NCBI RefSeq assembly: GCF_009914755.1
Contig: NC_060928.1
DNA: 64,000 nucleotides
Direction: 5' to 3' (one strand)
Source of the DNA: the human T2T-CHM13v2.0 reference genome, Homo sapiens
Numbering within the stretch: the first letter of the stretch is position 1; the number at the start of each line of letters is the position of its first letter. Below are positions 1-13,290 of this stretch, piece by piece. The notes below the pieces were generated by a model that was not told the origin of the DNA, searched no databases, and worked only from the letters and a program-made list of their open reading frames with translations. The position numbers and the translations under genes were made by a program.

Positions 1-35
1 GGGAAGAGTAAAAAAAAAAAAAGAAAAAAAGAAAA

Positions 36-409
<374 letters not shown>

Positions 410-519
410 TTAGTGAGGCATGCAATGTGAAAAAAGTGTGCATGTTCATGCTTGTGTAAGTATTTTAAAGAAACGAATTGTATTTGTCATTTAATTTGCT
501 TCTAAAGCAGACATAGCAT

Positions 520-872
520 GTACCAGAGGCTGGGAAGGGTAGTGGGGGTGAGGAGGAAGGGTAGTGGGGGTGGGGAGGAATTATGGTTACTGGATTTTAA
601 AAAATGGTTAGAAATAATAAGACCTAGTATTTGATAGCACAGTAGGGGAACTATAGTCATTAATAATTAAGTTGTACATTTAGAAATAACTAAAAGAGTA
701 CACTAGGATTGTTTGTAATACAAAGGACAAATTTGTATTACAAATTTGTAATGGATGCTTCATTTACCATTATATGATTACTATGCATTGCTTGCATGCC
801 TGTGTCAAAGTATCTCATGTACCTCATAAATATATACACCTACCATGTGCCTGCAAAAGTTAAAAATAAAAA
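520..872 (+). mobile_element. L1MA (L1MA2/3-like) 3' end, 5'-truncated
   Basis: 3'UTR motifs TTGATAGCACAGTAGGG and TATCTCATGTACCTCATAAATATATACACCTACCATGT, then an A tail. Degenerate TSD aaagcagacatagcatg (~504) / aaaacagatataacatg (~871). Confidence 0.85.
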
Positions 873-914
873 AACAGATATAACATGTATGGATACAGGG
901 ACAGAATGATTCAG

Positions 915-1020
915 GGGCTGTAATAGTGTTCCATTGTGTACATATCCTACATTTTCTTTGTCCACTCATCTGTTGGTGTCACTTAGGTGATTCCATACAT
1001 TAGTGATTATGAATAATACT
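915..1020 (-). mobile_element. Old L1M fragment
   Basis: ggctgtaatagtgttccattgtgt...tccactcatctgttggtg..acttaggtgattccat matches antisense L1 ORF2-end sequence. Confidence 0.65.
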
Positions 1021-2859
1021 TGCCCTTTTCTTTCATTTATTTTTATATTTTTCTTTCTTTTCCTTTCCTTTTTTATTCCTAGAAGTATTTTAATTTTAAA
1101 ATATAAATTATGATTGTGTTAATTACCTTCATTTTGATGCCTTTTTTGATTAATATTTTTGGGGATTGAAGAAATGAGTATTTTTTAATGTATCTAACAT
1201 CAAGGCTCTTATTTGTTTCTCCATTATTAGTGACAAAATAGTGACCAAAATCAACCTTGATCAGTGAAACAATTGTGTAGCCCCCAATCCTTCCCTATCC
1301 TACACAACATGAAAGCTACATCTTTGTGAGAGCTCTCTAAGTTGGATGGAAGAAGCTTCTGATAAAATTGATCAGCATGGAATTTTGTAAAATTTAACTA
1401 TTTTTTGGCCTGGAAATTAAACTGATGTATTACCAGAAAAGTTGATTTTTGTTAAGCAGTGTTTTATGCTATCCTATTTAAAATTATTCAGGGAGTCCAT
1501 TCTGACAAAGCAGGCATCTGAAAAATTTTTCTGGAAATTGAAAATGCTTAAGAAATAACTGTTATAGAAACTAAAACTAAAAATAATTTTGGATTATTAA
1601 ATTGAAGATAACATCTATCAAGTACTTCATTATCTTTCTCTGACACCAGATATATATTTTTCTTTATTGCTGGAATAGAGCTTTGGCTGTCCTTTGTGGC
1701 CTTCTCAATCAAATCCATCCTATTTTGTTGGGCAGTATTTGTGTCATGCATTTACATTTTAAAAGTTGTAGTCTAGGCAGTGTGACTTTCAAACAATTGA
1801 CAAACCTATTCCCATGTCAAACCCTCTGCTTAATCAGCAGTCACTTTATTCCCACTCTTTTCAAAGGCACTGGAACTGCCTGAAAAGCTAAGGGACAATT
1901 CAAGAGAGTGTGCTGGGCTGGTCCCCTCCAGTGTCTGTCTATTCAAATTCACCCTTGTAATCTAGTGAAGAAGGGGTGTGCTTCAACCGCACCGTCACAG
2001 CAATAAGGAGCAGACGTCATAAAATAAAAGAAGAAACGTTTCCTTCCAGAAGGAGGAGTTGATTTTCCTTATTCTGTGTATGTGAGTGTGTGGCAGTTGC
2101 AAGGTTGAGAATAAAGACTAAAGTTAGAGAAAGGCAACATTTTACATTAGCAGCACATGGTCTTACAAGACCTTCTTGTTTGGCAAACATACCCTGAATG
2201 GTTTTATTGAGCATTATGTTGCCCTACCCATCAATTGTTTGACTCTGATGAACATTTTCTACCATGTCGATTTAAATATGCATTGAATATCATTCAGAGT
2301 CCTGTCCCTGATGCTTAGGTGCTTAGGCATAAAACTATGAAAATATTATTGATAAAAGATGAGTTTTTATTTGTCTGTTAGTTTTACCAGGGAGCATTGG
2401 ATACTAGTAAGCTTAAGTCCCTTGGACCTCTGAAAAAATACTTTAGTTTTTACTGTGTTTGGGAATTCAGATTTGATCATAAGTAAATATAACAGGGAAC
2501 TGAAATACAAATATTTTTAACTATAAATAAAACGTTCGATATGATAAATTTATTTGACTATGTCAATTTCTTAAAAAAATTTTGAATGGATAGGAAGTGT
2601 AATGTGGAACTGAAACTTGAGAAAGATGCATGCTTTCATGACAAGTAATTTTGTGACCATTTAAATTTCCAATTTAACGGTGTTTTAAGTAGACTTAATT
2701 ATAAGATGGCTATGTTAGAAATGTGAATATTGATATATCAGAGAAGTTAATGTTTATGTTAGAGAATACAAAGCGAAGGATGACAGTACTTCTCTTGATG
2801 TATTCCCAACCACTAACTCTGAGAGCCAGATTTAACTGTCACTTCAACGTTGTCCACCT

Positions 2860-2970
2860 TGGGAAAAGCATAATTTTAGAGTTAGACAAACACATTTGAG
2901 CTTTATTTGGGTCAGTAGCTGTGTGACCAGGAGAAATTATTTTACAACCTTGGAGCTTCAATTTTCATTA
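2860..2970 (+). mobile_element. MIR fragment
   Basis: tagctgtgtgacc...ttattttacaaccttggagcttcaattttcatt resembles the MIR core. Confidence 0.6.
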
Positions 2971-3723
2971 TTAATACATACTATCTCCACCCCCACCCAG
3001 GCTGTCTTGACTTCTACATGGTAGCTATGAGTAGTTTTCCCTTAAATCGTTGTCTAAATATATTAAACACTTGAGAATAAGAATAAAGTCATTCATATTT
3101 CAAAGGTATTTCATTATGATTGGGTAGGTATATTTTGTCATATTTGATGTACTTATCCTTTCTTAAAAATGCCACAATGAGAATTTCACTATTTCCCCTG
3201 GAGTAACAGATTTAGGGGTTCTCATTGTTTCTTGATTAATTTTTGCAAATAGTTTTGCCTGCTACCTTGGAATTTAGGTTGAATTTAAAACCCACTGTTG
3301 TTTGGCTTGTGGAGTTTTGGGTTCATTTGTTCTGTATATCGGATGTGGACTCTTTGGGGTAACTTGGCTTCATTTCTGCTCTCTTTTTATTAACATCTGG
3401 GGGTTTTCAAAATAGCTGGAGTTCAAATTAAGTTTGGTGTTAGGAAACAGGGAACCCCAGAAGAGACTAAGGGAAAGAGGTACTGGGTACTGCCTCTAGA
3501 TGAGATGTATACATGAAACAGATTTCAATGAAATGCATGAAATCACTGCAAATTTTTTAAAATTAAGAATTCATTGCCTACCATGTGTTAGGCACTAGCT
3601 CAGATTCTCAGGGCATGGACAGTTTGGGGAAGCTGACATTACCGAAAAGGATGTTGCTACTTTAATAACATTTGGAACTTACATTAATGTGTTTCTAAAC
3701 ATTCCTTTTAATAATCCTTCCAC

Positions 3724-4060
3724 CAGGGTTCTCAACTCCTGGGCAGCAGACTGGTACCTGTGGCCTATTAGGAACTGGGCTGCATAGCAGGAGGTTAGTG
3801 GCAGGCAAGCAGCATTACCACCTGAGCTCTGTCTCCTGTCAGATCAGTGGGGCCATAAATTCTCATAGGAGCAAGCACCCTATTGTGAACTGTGCATGCG
3901 AGGGATCCAGGATGCAAGTTCTTTATGAGAGTCTAATGCCTGATGATTTGAGGTGGAAGAGTTTAATCCAGAAACCACCCCCAGCCCCCTACCCACCATC
4001 CTTGGAAAAATAGTCTTCCAGGAAATCATTTCTTGGTGCCAAAAAGGTTGGGAACCACTG
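3724..4060 (+). mobile_element. MER1B (hAT-Charlie non-autonomous DNA transposon)
   Basis: TIRs CAGGGTTCTCAAC...GTTGGGAACCACTG. Internal TTAGGAACTGGGC, CCTGTCAGATCAG and CCCTATTGTGAACTG. Length ~337 bp. Confidence 0.9.
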
Positions 4061-7000
4061 CCTTAGATACATGTCCTTCTGACTCATTCCTTTTGGCACA
4101 ACTATTTTTGATCCCAGAGACTCCTTATCCCCAAATTCAAGTCATGGTGTTTTCACTTTTTTATGTCTGTAATTACCCAGTAAGCGTCATTGTTGACATC
4201 CTCATATCGGGGGCCTCCAGGCAATCCCTGAGCCTTAGAGCTAACCATCCTGTCTCTCCCTCTTGTTTCCCTTGCTCCAGGATTGCTCCCTTTCACTCCA
4301 TCTTTGAGCCTTAATGAGGGCACAGTTTAGGGGAACTAGGAGATTGGATTGCCATCTATGTTGGTTTAAGGACTAGGGATGCCATTTACATTTATCACTC
4401 TAATAGTACAAAGCAATATTTTTATGGTGTGGATATGTTTCACTCAAATTAAATCTAAATAGTGTAACCAGCATACCTATATTGTTAAAATAGGCTGTAG
4501 GAAGTCCACCAAAATGTTCTACTTTAGATTTTCCCAACACAAAGATGAATATGTATGCATTAGTGGATGTTAGATTTTTTGTGTGTGAGATTTTGCTTTT
4601 TTTTTTTTAAGATGTTTTTCCTCTTCTTCAGGCTGATAGTATTTTACCAAAAATTTAAATAGTCAAATATTAAAAGTGATATTCTAGATCATCTTTCTCC
4701 AAGTGATGTAGTTTGCTTTTCAACTTTTCCTTATGTGGTGTAAGGTTATAAAAATGCCTTCCAGTTGATTTCTTAGGTAGCAGCAGAATCTGTTTTCTCA
4801 AACAGTAGCGTGGGGATTCTTGATATACCGCCTTCTAGAGGTACTGAAAGCAACTGGATCAATGTGCTGAAATCTGGATTTATTCACAAGCTCGTTAGAG
4901 GCTGAGTCACAGCCATACATGTCAGTTCAAGTCATTGTTTCTTTTGTCTAAATCGTTGTTGAGCCACATCCATCTGTATGTGTAACACTAATTTGGTAAC
5001 AACTTCTTTATACTAAGCCAGAATTCATTTTACCTGCTGGTTTTATTTTAAATGTAGGAGCTGTATTAAATAACATTCAAATAAGTAATCGAAATTTAAC
5101 TCAAAGAATATGGAATGAAAAGTCAAACAGGCATATTGAGAACAAATTAGAATCTGGCACCTGACAATGATTAACAGGTTGAACAGATTAGACTAGACCT
5201 AAATCTCTGTAAATAAAATGAAAGACAGAAAACCTTTTTATTAAACAATTTAATAGGCCTATGAGATTTGAAAAAAAGTTGATTTCTTTACCCATCCTCA
5301 GTCAATGTTGAGATAGGCTGGAAGATTTTGAACAGGGCATAGAAAAAAGGAAACAAATTTAGTCAACTATCCCCAGATTTCATCTGATTAAAACCAGACA
5401 TCTGCATATTTGAAAGCACCAAATTATTAATGAATATCCACTCAATATTGATATTTGATATCATATATATTACTAATAACTAAAACATGATATTAATAGG
5501 TTTCATTTATGAAATCTTTGTGAAAGTGTGTCTATCATTATAGTTAAAAATCAAGAAGTTAGTTAAATCTACTGTCTAAATAATTTTGATCAAAATATTT
5601 GACATTTTATCCAGTGCCAGCATTCATGTAGTATGGCAAATTACCCATTTCTTTATTTTATTTTACCATATGATAAAATAAGCCTGAATTTGTGGAGGCA
5701 TTTTTCAAGAAACCGTCTCTTCCAAGAAAGAATTTGGATATCAAAAAGTAGAGATATTAGTGTCATTATATACACAGTTTGCTGAACTCTACAGTTATTT
5801 GTAAAATTTGTTTGGATACACCAATTTTAGATTACTTACAACATAAAAGGTCTATTTTTTATGTCATATTGAATATACAATGGTCCAAAATAGATTCAGA
5901 CAGACAACAACTTTGGCTGCCATTTTAGAAACCAAATGTTTTAGCATAATACACTGTTCTGTGTATATACAGATGGAAACTCAAACTTTGAAAAGAGAAC
6001 TTTCTTCAAATACTGGTGCTTTCTTAGATGAGCCAGCTTCTGAAAGAAAACAGCTCTCTAATCTTTTATCACCTTGTCTCTTAAATACATCAAGGACATC
6101 TATTCAGAATTAGTTGCCGAGGTGGGTGCAAAGAAAGCCTATTAATATGTGTAGACTGCCCATTCCCAGAATAAACCACATTTCCTCAATATATTACTTT
6201 CATGGCATTTTACAATATTTTCAAGTTTAGTTGGACATAATTCCAGAGATATGACAAGTCAATAGGTGGAAAAAAAACTAAATAAAATAAACTTGACCTT
6301 CAAAACATGCAATTCTTCTTCTGAACAAATCTCTCTTATTGGTGATCTGTCTCAAATTATATGTATATAAAAATATTCTGGGTGAGTAACATGACCAAAA
6401 CATAGTGTCTGGTTGAGATAAAAGTCTTCTTTGAATATTGTTTGTAACTTGAAGACTTTGCTCACTCATTGGATAGATTCCATTAAACACAGCAGGGAGC
6501 AATATATAGTGTGGATTATATGACTTTGCCTAATGGACATGCAAATACATATTTTTCACATACAATATACAAACATTTCAGCAGGACAATTGGGTAATGG
6601 AGCCAAAAAATCAGAAAACTGGCAAATGTACAATGGATTACTATGGCTTTATTCCACACTTCAAATATAATTAACATTTAATTCATCTGATGCCTTTTTC
6701 TAATTGGAGACACATTGGTAGATGGGGCATTTGAGTTCACAAACACGTTCAATTACTTACACGTTAACCACATTTCACAAACTTCCAACTTGTGAAGTAT
6801 TTTCTAAAGAAAACTTTATATAGTAGAACTTGCAGATCTGACCAAATGAAATTTTTATCTTTTTTTTTGCCGTTGCTTCTCAAATTATGCTCACCTGAAG
6901 TCAGATTTCATATTTGTTTCATCCTTATTTGGCAATTGAAATGTAATTTCAATTGTCAGAAATGTAGAAACTAAAAATTTAATTTATTTTGCCAAAGTGT

Positions 7001-7134
7001 TCTGGGTTAACATAAAACTTTCAATAATGTTCCCTCAATGTTAAAACTAATTACCTTCTATTTGATTATATCAAATAAACTACAGTAAATAATAAAAAAG
7101 TCATGATTTCCATAGCTTTACAGTTTACAAAGGG

Positions 7135-7265
7135 CATTTATTCATTCACTTAACCAATAAATGTGTGTTGATCAACTACAATGTGCCATACATTTTTCTA
7201 GGCTCAGGAAATAAAATGGAGAAGAGAAAATATTAGTCTCTGCTCTCATGAAACTTTCAGTCTGG
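7135..7265 (-). mobile_element. L2 3' fragment
   Basis: attcattcac...tgatcaactacaatgtgcca...gtctctgctctcatgaaactttcagtct is a typical antisense L2 3' end. Confidence 0.7.
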
Positions 7266-7299
7266 GCTCATAAAATCCTCTCACATTCCTGTGAAATGA

Positions 7300-9260
7300 A
7301 TACCTCTAAAGTCTCCTACTAATCTCCCACCCCAAAGTAACTACTATCTGAACTTTGTGTTATAATTTATATCATCCAATTGTATTTCTAAACAATATAC
7401 TTTTCAGCATTACCTGTCTTTGCCTTTATGTAAATGAAATCCTACTACAAGTTTTCATTGGTGGCTTGGTATTTTTTTTCATTCATAATTATTTTTAAAT
7501 ATTTTTCCATATTGCTTTAAATAGCCATACTTGTCTATTTTCACTGCTGCATAATATGAATATACATCAACTTATAAATCAGTTCTGTTGCTAGTGGCTA
7601 TTTGTGAATTCCAAGTGCTCCATGTCTTTACCAACTCTTAAAAGTATTAGACATAACTCTTTGACAAAATGGTGAATTAGAAAGATAGATCATTTATAGT
7701 TTTAACTAGCATTTCCATAGTTATGAATGAAGTTAACATCTTAACAAACTTATTGGTCGTTTGTGTTTTAAGACTTGTAATTTGTCCTATTTTTAGTGTT
7801 TTTATTTTTCATTTTGATTCATACACATTCTGTAATATACATTTTCTAAATACATATCTTTTATAAGTAATATGTGTTTTCTAAATATTTTCTCTCAGCT
7901 ATCACTTGACTTTCCACCATCTTTATTGAAACATATTTCTATAAGTTTTTGATAATCAAAAGTATTTAAAGTTAATCTAGTCAAATTTACAGATATTTTT
8001 ATGTATGATTTTTATATTGTGCCATGTTTAAGAAATTTTCTTTACCCCATAGTTAAAACAATCTTCTCCTATATTCTGTTTTAAAAGTTTTAAATCCTTA
8101 GTCTATCTGAAAAGAGCTTTGTGTGAGTTGCTTTGTAGGTATCCAATCTCCCAGTGCAGAACCCATTGTCCAAGTATGAATTTATTGAATAATTCTGCTT
8201 TGCCAGTCCCATTGTATGCCTAATTTCTCATTTTACCCTGTTGGATAGGATAACATATTCAAAGTTTAATAAAAGGGTTGATAGCAGCATCATTAACATG
8301 TTCATGATATCAAAAAGGAGCTTTCAATAATTCATCATGTACATTTGCTGTAGCTTATTTTAGACACATCATATATTCAGAAAGTTCCCTTTTATTTTCA
8401 GTTTGGCAAAAGTTTTTTTTAACCAACCTCTTTTTCTATGTTTATTTTATATATATTCGTAGATTTTACAATGTTCAACTTATTCTGTAGTCCTGAGATA
8501 AAGTGATTCATGGTTTTATTCATTTTATATATATAGCAAAATTCAGTTTATTAGTAATTGGTTTAGAATTGTTATATCTGTGTTCATAAATGAGATTGTC
8601 CTAAAGTTCTTGTTTTGTCCTCAGAAATTGAGTTGTGCAGTGTTTTCACTTCTTCTATTCTTTGGAAGTGGTTATATATGATCAATACTATGCTTTTTAT
8701 TTTTAAATTTTGAATGTCTTGAGGACTTACCACTTAAGTTTTCTGAGACTGACCTTTGTTGCATATGTGGTAATTTCTTCTGATATGTCTTCCAGTTTGC
8801 CAATTCTTGTTGTGGATACATGTTCAAATGTGGCTAACAAGTTTTTAATTTTAGTCATGGTATTATTAATTCCAACATTTAGTTATTTTTTAAATCTTTT
8901 TTGCACTTTCTTCTCCTCAGCAGATACTTCCATTTGCTATTTATTTTTTTGAACCTGGTAAGCATAGTTTTTTATTTTAATTTTTTATTATAGATTCAGG
9001 GTACCTGTGCAGGTTTGTTACATGGGTACATTGCATAAAAGCATAGTTGTTTTTAATATTTTTGTCTGATAAGTCTAATATTTGATGTCTTTGCAGATTT
9101 GTTTCTGTTATTTTTCTCTTCTGGCGTCTTTCACATTGTCTTACTTCTTTGTGAGCATGTTATCTTCTGCTGCTTGCTAGTCATTGCCTAGAGAAAATTA
9201 TTTTCAAGGTTCATCAAGGTCTAAGATAGATGTGACTTCCTTCAAAGAGAGTTAGCTTTT
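7300..9260 (-). mobile_element. Degraded old L1 (L1ME/L1M-type) fragments
   Basis: Antisense L1 motifs (gtaactactatctgaac, ttttcactgctgcataat, ttgtccaag..aatttattgaataat, agaaagttccctt, ttcataaatgagattg) in T-rich context. Boundaries approximate. Confidence 0.65.
8970..9038 (-). mobile_element. Very short 5'-truncated L1PA 3' terminus with TSD
   Basis: T tract + tagattcagggtacctgtgcaggtttgttacatgggtacattgcat, flanked by TSD aagcatagtt (8960-8969 / 9039-9048). Confidence 0.85.
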
Positions 9261-10284
9261 GTTTATTCCAGTTTCTTGGGGAAGTTAAGTTTTGGGGCAA
9301 TCACTTGTACAACTTTAGGTAATGTGGTCCATTCAGCATTAACATAATTAATGGATAAATTCATGTAAGACTAATGTGTGGCAACAAGTTTGCAGAAAAC
9401 TTTTTCCCTTTCTTTTAAATTTTTTGTCTTTATCACTTCTACTCACCTCAAGACTTCTTTGTATGACATTCCTCAGTGTTGGCAGGAAAAGGAAAAAGTT
9501 TGGATCATGTATAACCTTTTGAGTAGGAGGTTAATTATAAGAAAGTTTTTATAGTATTTCCCCAGCATGGTGCTAAACATCTAAAAGTACTTAACAAATA
9601 TTAGAAAACATCATTATGCTGGTAATCCTAAATAAACATTTTTTTTGTAAGCATTCAGGTTCACTACTAGTTCTACAAAGAGAACACGTTTTGTTTAGAA
9701 CACTTTCCGATGGATAATTTATTATGAACTGTGAATAAGTTTGCAGTATGTATAAGGCAAGAAATTAGTTGTTTGGAATCAATGGTGCATAAGATCAAGC
9801 CTTTAAGAAACTTTCTATTATATTTAGCTGGGGAGCAAAGATATGTTGAAATAGCTGACGGAGCTCATGCGTTGCAAGTTTCTGCCTTCTACCCTCACCC
9901 CACATTGCTGTGCCTGGCTCCCAGACACCAAGATTATTTTAATCATTAAGGAAGAAATATTCAGAAAGTGAACCACATAGGCTCTTTATATACACAAATA
10001 TAAAGCAAAGTCCTTCTCTGACATCAGGGATGTGGTTCAGCAGAGGTAAAATGGCTTCAGGGTAAGAATGTATAAAGTTGGCAGCGTGAGAAAGTCTAGC
10101 TCTGCAGGCTGGGTTGCCTTGGAAGTGATGAGCTAACATGAACAGCAAGAGAAAGATCAGGAAGGGATGGTTTGATCTTTGTATCTTTTATATCTGTTCT
10201 CATTTTTAATTTAATTCAATCCATGGATAACAAAATTACGTGAATTTATTTTGTTTATAAGTGTTTTTAAACGTTATAGAAGCA

Positions 10285-10388
10285 GTGCTTTGGGAAGCCA
10301 AAGCAGGAGGATTGCTTGAGCCCAGGAGTTCAAGACCAGCCTGGGCTACATAGTGAGCTCCCATCTCTACAAAACAAACAAGAAAAAT
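10285..10388 (+). mobile_element. FLAM / Alu left-monomer fragment
   Basis: ctttgggaagccaaagcaggaggattgcttgagcccaggagttcaagaccagcctggg...catctctac followed by an A-rich tail. Confidence 0.85.
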
Positions 10389-10488
10389 ATCACAGAGAAT
10401 GCTAATTTTCATGTGACCTTCTGCACTCCCAGTCAATTCTAGTGTCCTTTCTGCAGGTAAACCCAGTATAAATTCAGAGTTTAGGCAA

Positions 10489-10490
<2 letters not shown>

Positions 10491-10554
<64 letters not shown>
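10491..10554. repeat. (TG)n followed by (TATGTG)n microsatellite
   Basis: Directly visible. Confidence 0.95.
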
Positions 10555-10614
10555 ATTTTATGTATCTTTAGAAGTCGTATTGCACGTGTATTTCCTGTGT
10601 GAGGTAGTTTGTTC

Positions 10615-10745
10615 AATGGTGGGGAGAGCAGGGTCAGACTACCTGTGTAACCTCAGGCAAGTTACTTAACTTCTTTATGACCCACCTGTTACTTGGGGAT
10701 AATAATAGGGCCAATGAAATCAGTGTTGTTCTTTGAAAAGATTAA
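10615..10745 (+). mobile_element. MIR
   Basis: tgtgtaacctcaggcaagttacttaacttct...ggggataataatag. Confidence 0.75.
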
Positions 10746-10989
10746 TAAAGTAGAAAAGTTATTTTAAGAGCAAGAAAGAAATAGAAAGTCCAAATATGAG
10801 GAAAAACAACAGGGAATATTTATAGATACAGTCAAGTTTTAAACATAATAAGATAACATTGTAAATATAATTTTATGCCATTAAATTGGAGAATTTATGT
10901 GAAATGACAATTTTTCCAGAAAAGTAGAAATGACAAAAAATGACTGAGAAGGAAATACAAGAGGTAAATTGAAAATAAAAAAATAAGTT

Positions 10990-11670
10990 TTCAATTATAT
11001 TTAATACATATACTGGAAAGTACCTAAATTATAAAAGAAATGCTTACTTAATTTTTACAAAATGAATATACCCATGAAATACAGTGACTGAAGAGTATGA
11101 ACAACCTGGAAACCTTCGCTCTTCCTTTCAATCACCAATTCCCCAAGATAATTTATATCCTGGCTTTTTATGCCAAAGATAAGTTTTGCCTGTTTTTGAA
11201 CTTTACATAAATGGACTCATACAGTCTGTTCTCATTTTTGCCCGGCTTCTTTGGCTCAACATTGTTTGTGAGACTCATCTCTGGTGTTGGCTGTAGTTTG
11301 GTTTGCCCATGCTCATTACTCTAAAATGTTCTATTCTATGCATACACTACAATTTATTTATTCAACTGTCTATGAACATTTTGCTGATTTTTGCTATATT
11401 TTTCAATGCTTCTCTACACATTCTTGTGCATGTTTTTTAAGGAAAAATTTGTGCAATTTTGTAGATTTATAACCACAAAGATAATTAAAGGATATATATA
11501 TATATACACACACACACAGACATATATATATATACATATGTGTGTGTATATGTATATGTATATATATATATGTATGTATGTATAAATATATCTCTTCAGC
11601 TTGAGTAGGTATTGGCAAAACCTCTACCAGAATTGTAGTACCAATTTATACCAACAGCAATAGGTGAAGG
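10990..11670 (-). mobile_element. Old L1 (L1MC/ME-like) 3' region, interrupted by a microsatellite
   Basis: ttttgcctgtttttgaactttacataaatggactcatacagt...ggcttctttggctcaacattgtttgtgagactcatc...gtagtaccaatttatacc. Confidence 0.7.
11492..11590. repeat. Compound (TA)n/(CA)n/(TG)n microsatellite
   Basis: Directly visible. Confidence 0.9.
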
Positions 11671-12119
11671 ATTGTTTACTCTTTGTTTTTATTTTCCCAA
11701 GCCTGCAATGTAAGCTCTGTGAAGATAGAGAGACCTTTTACTCTATTCACTACTATATTTTCAGTCAATTTTTTAATTAAGTAAATCAATTGGATATTGG
11801 CATGTAAGCATTTATTTTTTTAACATGGTAGTGCAATCAATTTATTTACCTTTGTTTGAACATCGTTTTCTTTTCCACAGCTCTATTTCTTTACCTACAG
11901 GATTCCTCTGACAACAATTGTACTCCCTTCCTTGATCACTCTCAGTCAGGGATATTTCTCCCCAAGAGACATTACAACAAAGCAGATGCAATTACACCAC
12001 AGTCCTAAAGAAGAGCCTTGGCTGGCCAGTTTTGCTGCTCCCAAAAGAATCAATTAGTAGGCCAGAGGGGGCTTTAATTTAATACTGCAACTACTTTGGG
12101 AGGTTGTCTATCCATCTAT

Positions 12120-13290
12120 GCATTTATATATACACTTAACCAATATTTATTGAACAATTACTGTGTGCCAGGACTGTGCTACGTGAGCAAAATCAGTTCC
12201 AGCCTCTGTCCTCATGGGGCTTATGTTTGGTGACGTATACTGATATTTTACAAATAATCAGATAAAAATGCAATGCAAAATCACAAATGGGACAAATCCC
12301 ACAAAGCAGAGGAATTTAGATCCATGAGGAAAAATTGAAAATATTTTCTTAGTCAAGAAAGCCATAAATAATTTTCAGAGAAGCGGCAAGTGAACAGAGG
12401 TTTAGAAAGTTAAGCACATGGAGAGAAACAGGAAAAATATTTCAGGTCTGGGGAAACACAAGTACAAAATCCTGTGAAGAGCAAAGATGACTGAAACCAG
12501 CAACTGTAAGAAAACCAGGGTAATTGGCCTGGAGAAAGCCAGGGAACACAGGAACAAACAGCCTGAACAAAAAATTAAATTTTGCCTTTTTAAAAAAAAG
12601 TATATCTTTATTCATTAGCTGGGTGTGGGGGCACACACTTTGTAGTCCTAGCTACTCAGGAGCCTGAAGCAGGAAGATCGCTTCAAGCCTAGGAGTTCAA
12701 GGTTGCAGTGAGCTATGATGGTGCCACTCTACTTCAACCTGGGTGACAGAGTGTGACCCTGTTTCAAAAAGAAAAAAAATAGTAAATCTTTATTCTATGT
12801 GCAACTAGAAGACATGGAATGTTTTAAAAGTGTGTGCTGTTGGGCAGGCCAACATGATGTGGTGCATGATCAGATTTGCGTTTAGAGAAGATCACTTTGG
12901 CTGAAAGGTTGAGAGTTTCGAAGCAAGAGGCAAGGTGGAAGCAGGAAGACAGACTTAAGGGCTTATGGCAGTGGTCCACGAAGGAGGGTCACTGGGTTCT
13001 ATTTGGGTGGTGGTGGTGGTGATGAAGATATGCAAAAAACACTCAAGGGAGATTTGTAGGATGATATTGGCAAGCCTGATGATGGGTTGTTAAAGTGGGA
13101 AAGAATGGAGAGGGGTCAAAGACAGTATCTGGATTTCTGGCAATGACAACTAGTTGGATGCTCACGCCATTCATTGGGAGAAAAATGGTAGAGGAAGATC
13201 CTGAGGTCTGGTTTAATCAGGTAGCCATGGGAAACAGGAGGCTGTTCTAGGCAGAGGGAATGACATGACTAAGACAGTGAAGGGTCATGT
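12120..13290 (-). mobile_element. L2, split by an Alu arm
   Basis: caatatttattgaacaattactgtgtgccaggactgtgct...; after the Alu, atgatcagatttgcgtttagagaagatcactttggctg...ggcagtggtccac. Confidence 0.75.
12614..12780 (+). mobile_element. AluJ right arm / FRAM-like, 5'-truncated
   Basis: attagctgggtgtgg...ggagttcaaggttgcagtgagctatgat...gaccctgtttc + A tail. TSD agtatatctttattc / agtaaatctttattc. Confidence 0.9.

Noticed and set aside
1548-1883. Overlapping 66-67 aa ORFs in unique sequence
   Set aside because: No recognisable domain, splice context or coding bias.
5860-6200. Minus-strand WFILGMGSLHILIGFL resembling a transposase G.GxxH motif or a transmembrane helix
   Set aside because: Flanked by stops with no further matching motifs; probably chance.
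10236-11618. ORFs with THTHTH / YIYIY runs
   Set aside because: Microsatellite reading frames.
12058-12076. GCCAGAGGGGGC as a CTCF site
   Set aside because: Core spacing is off by one from the CTCF consensus; weak match.
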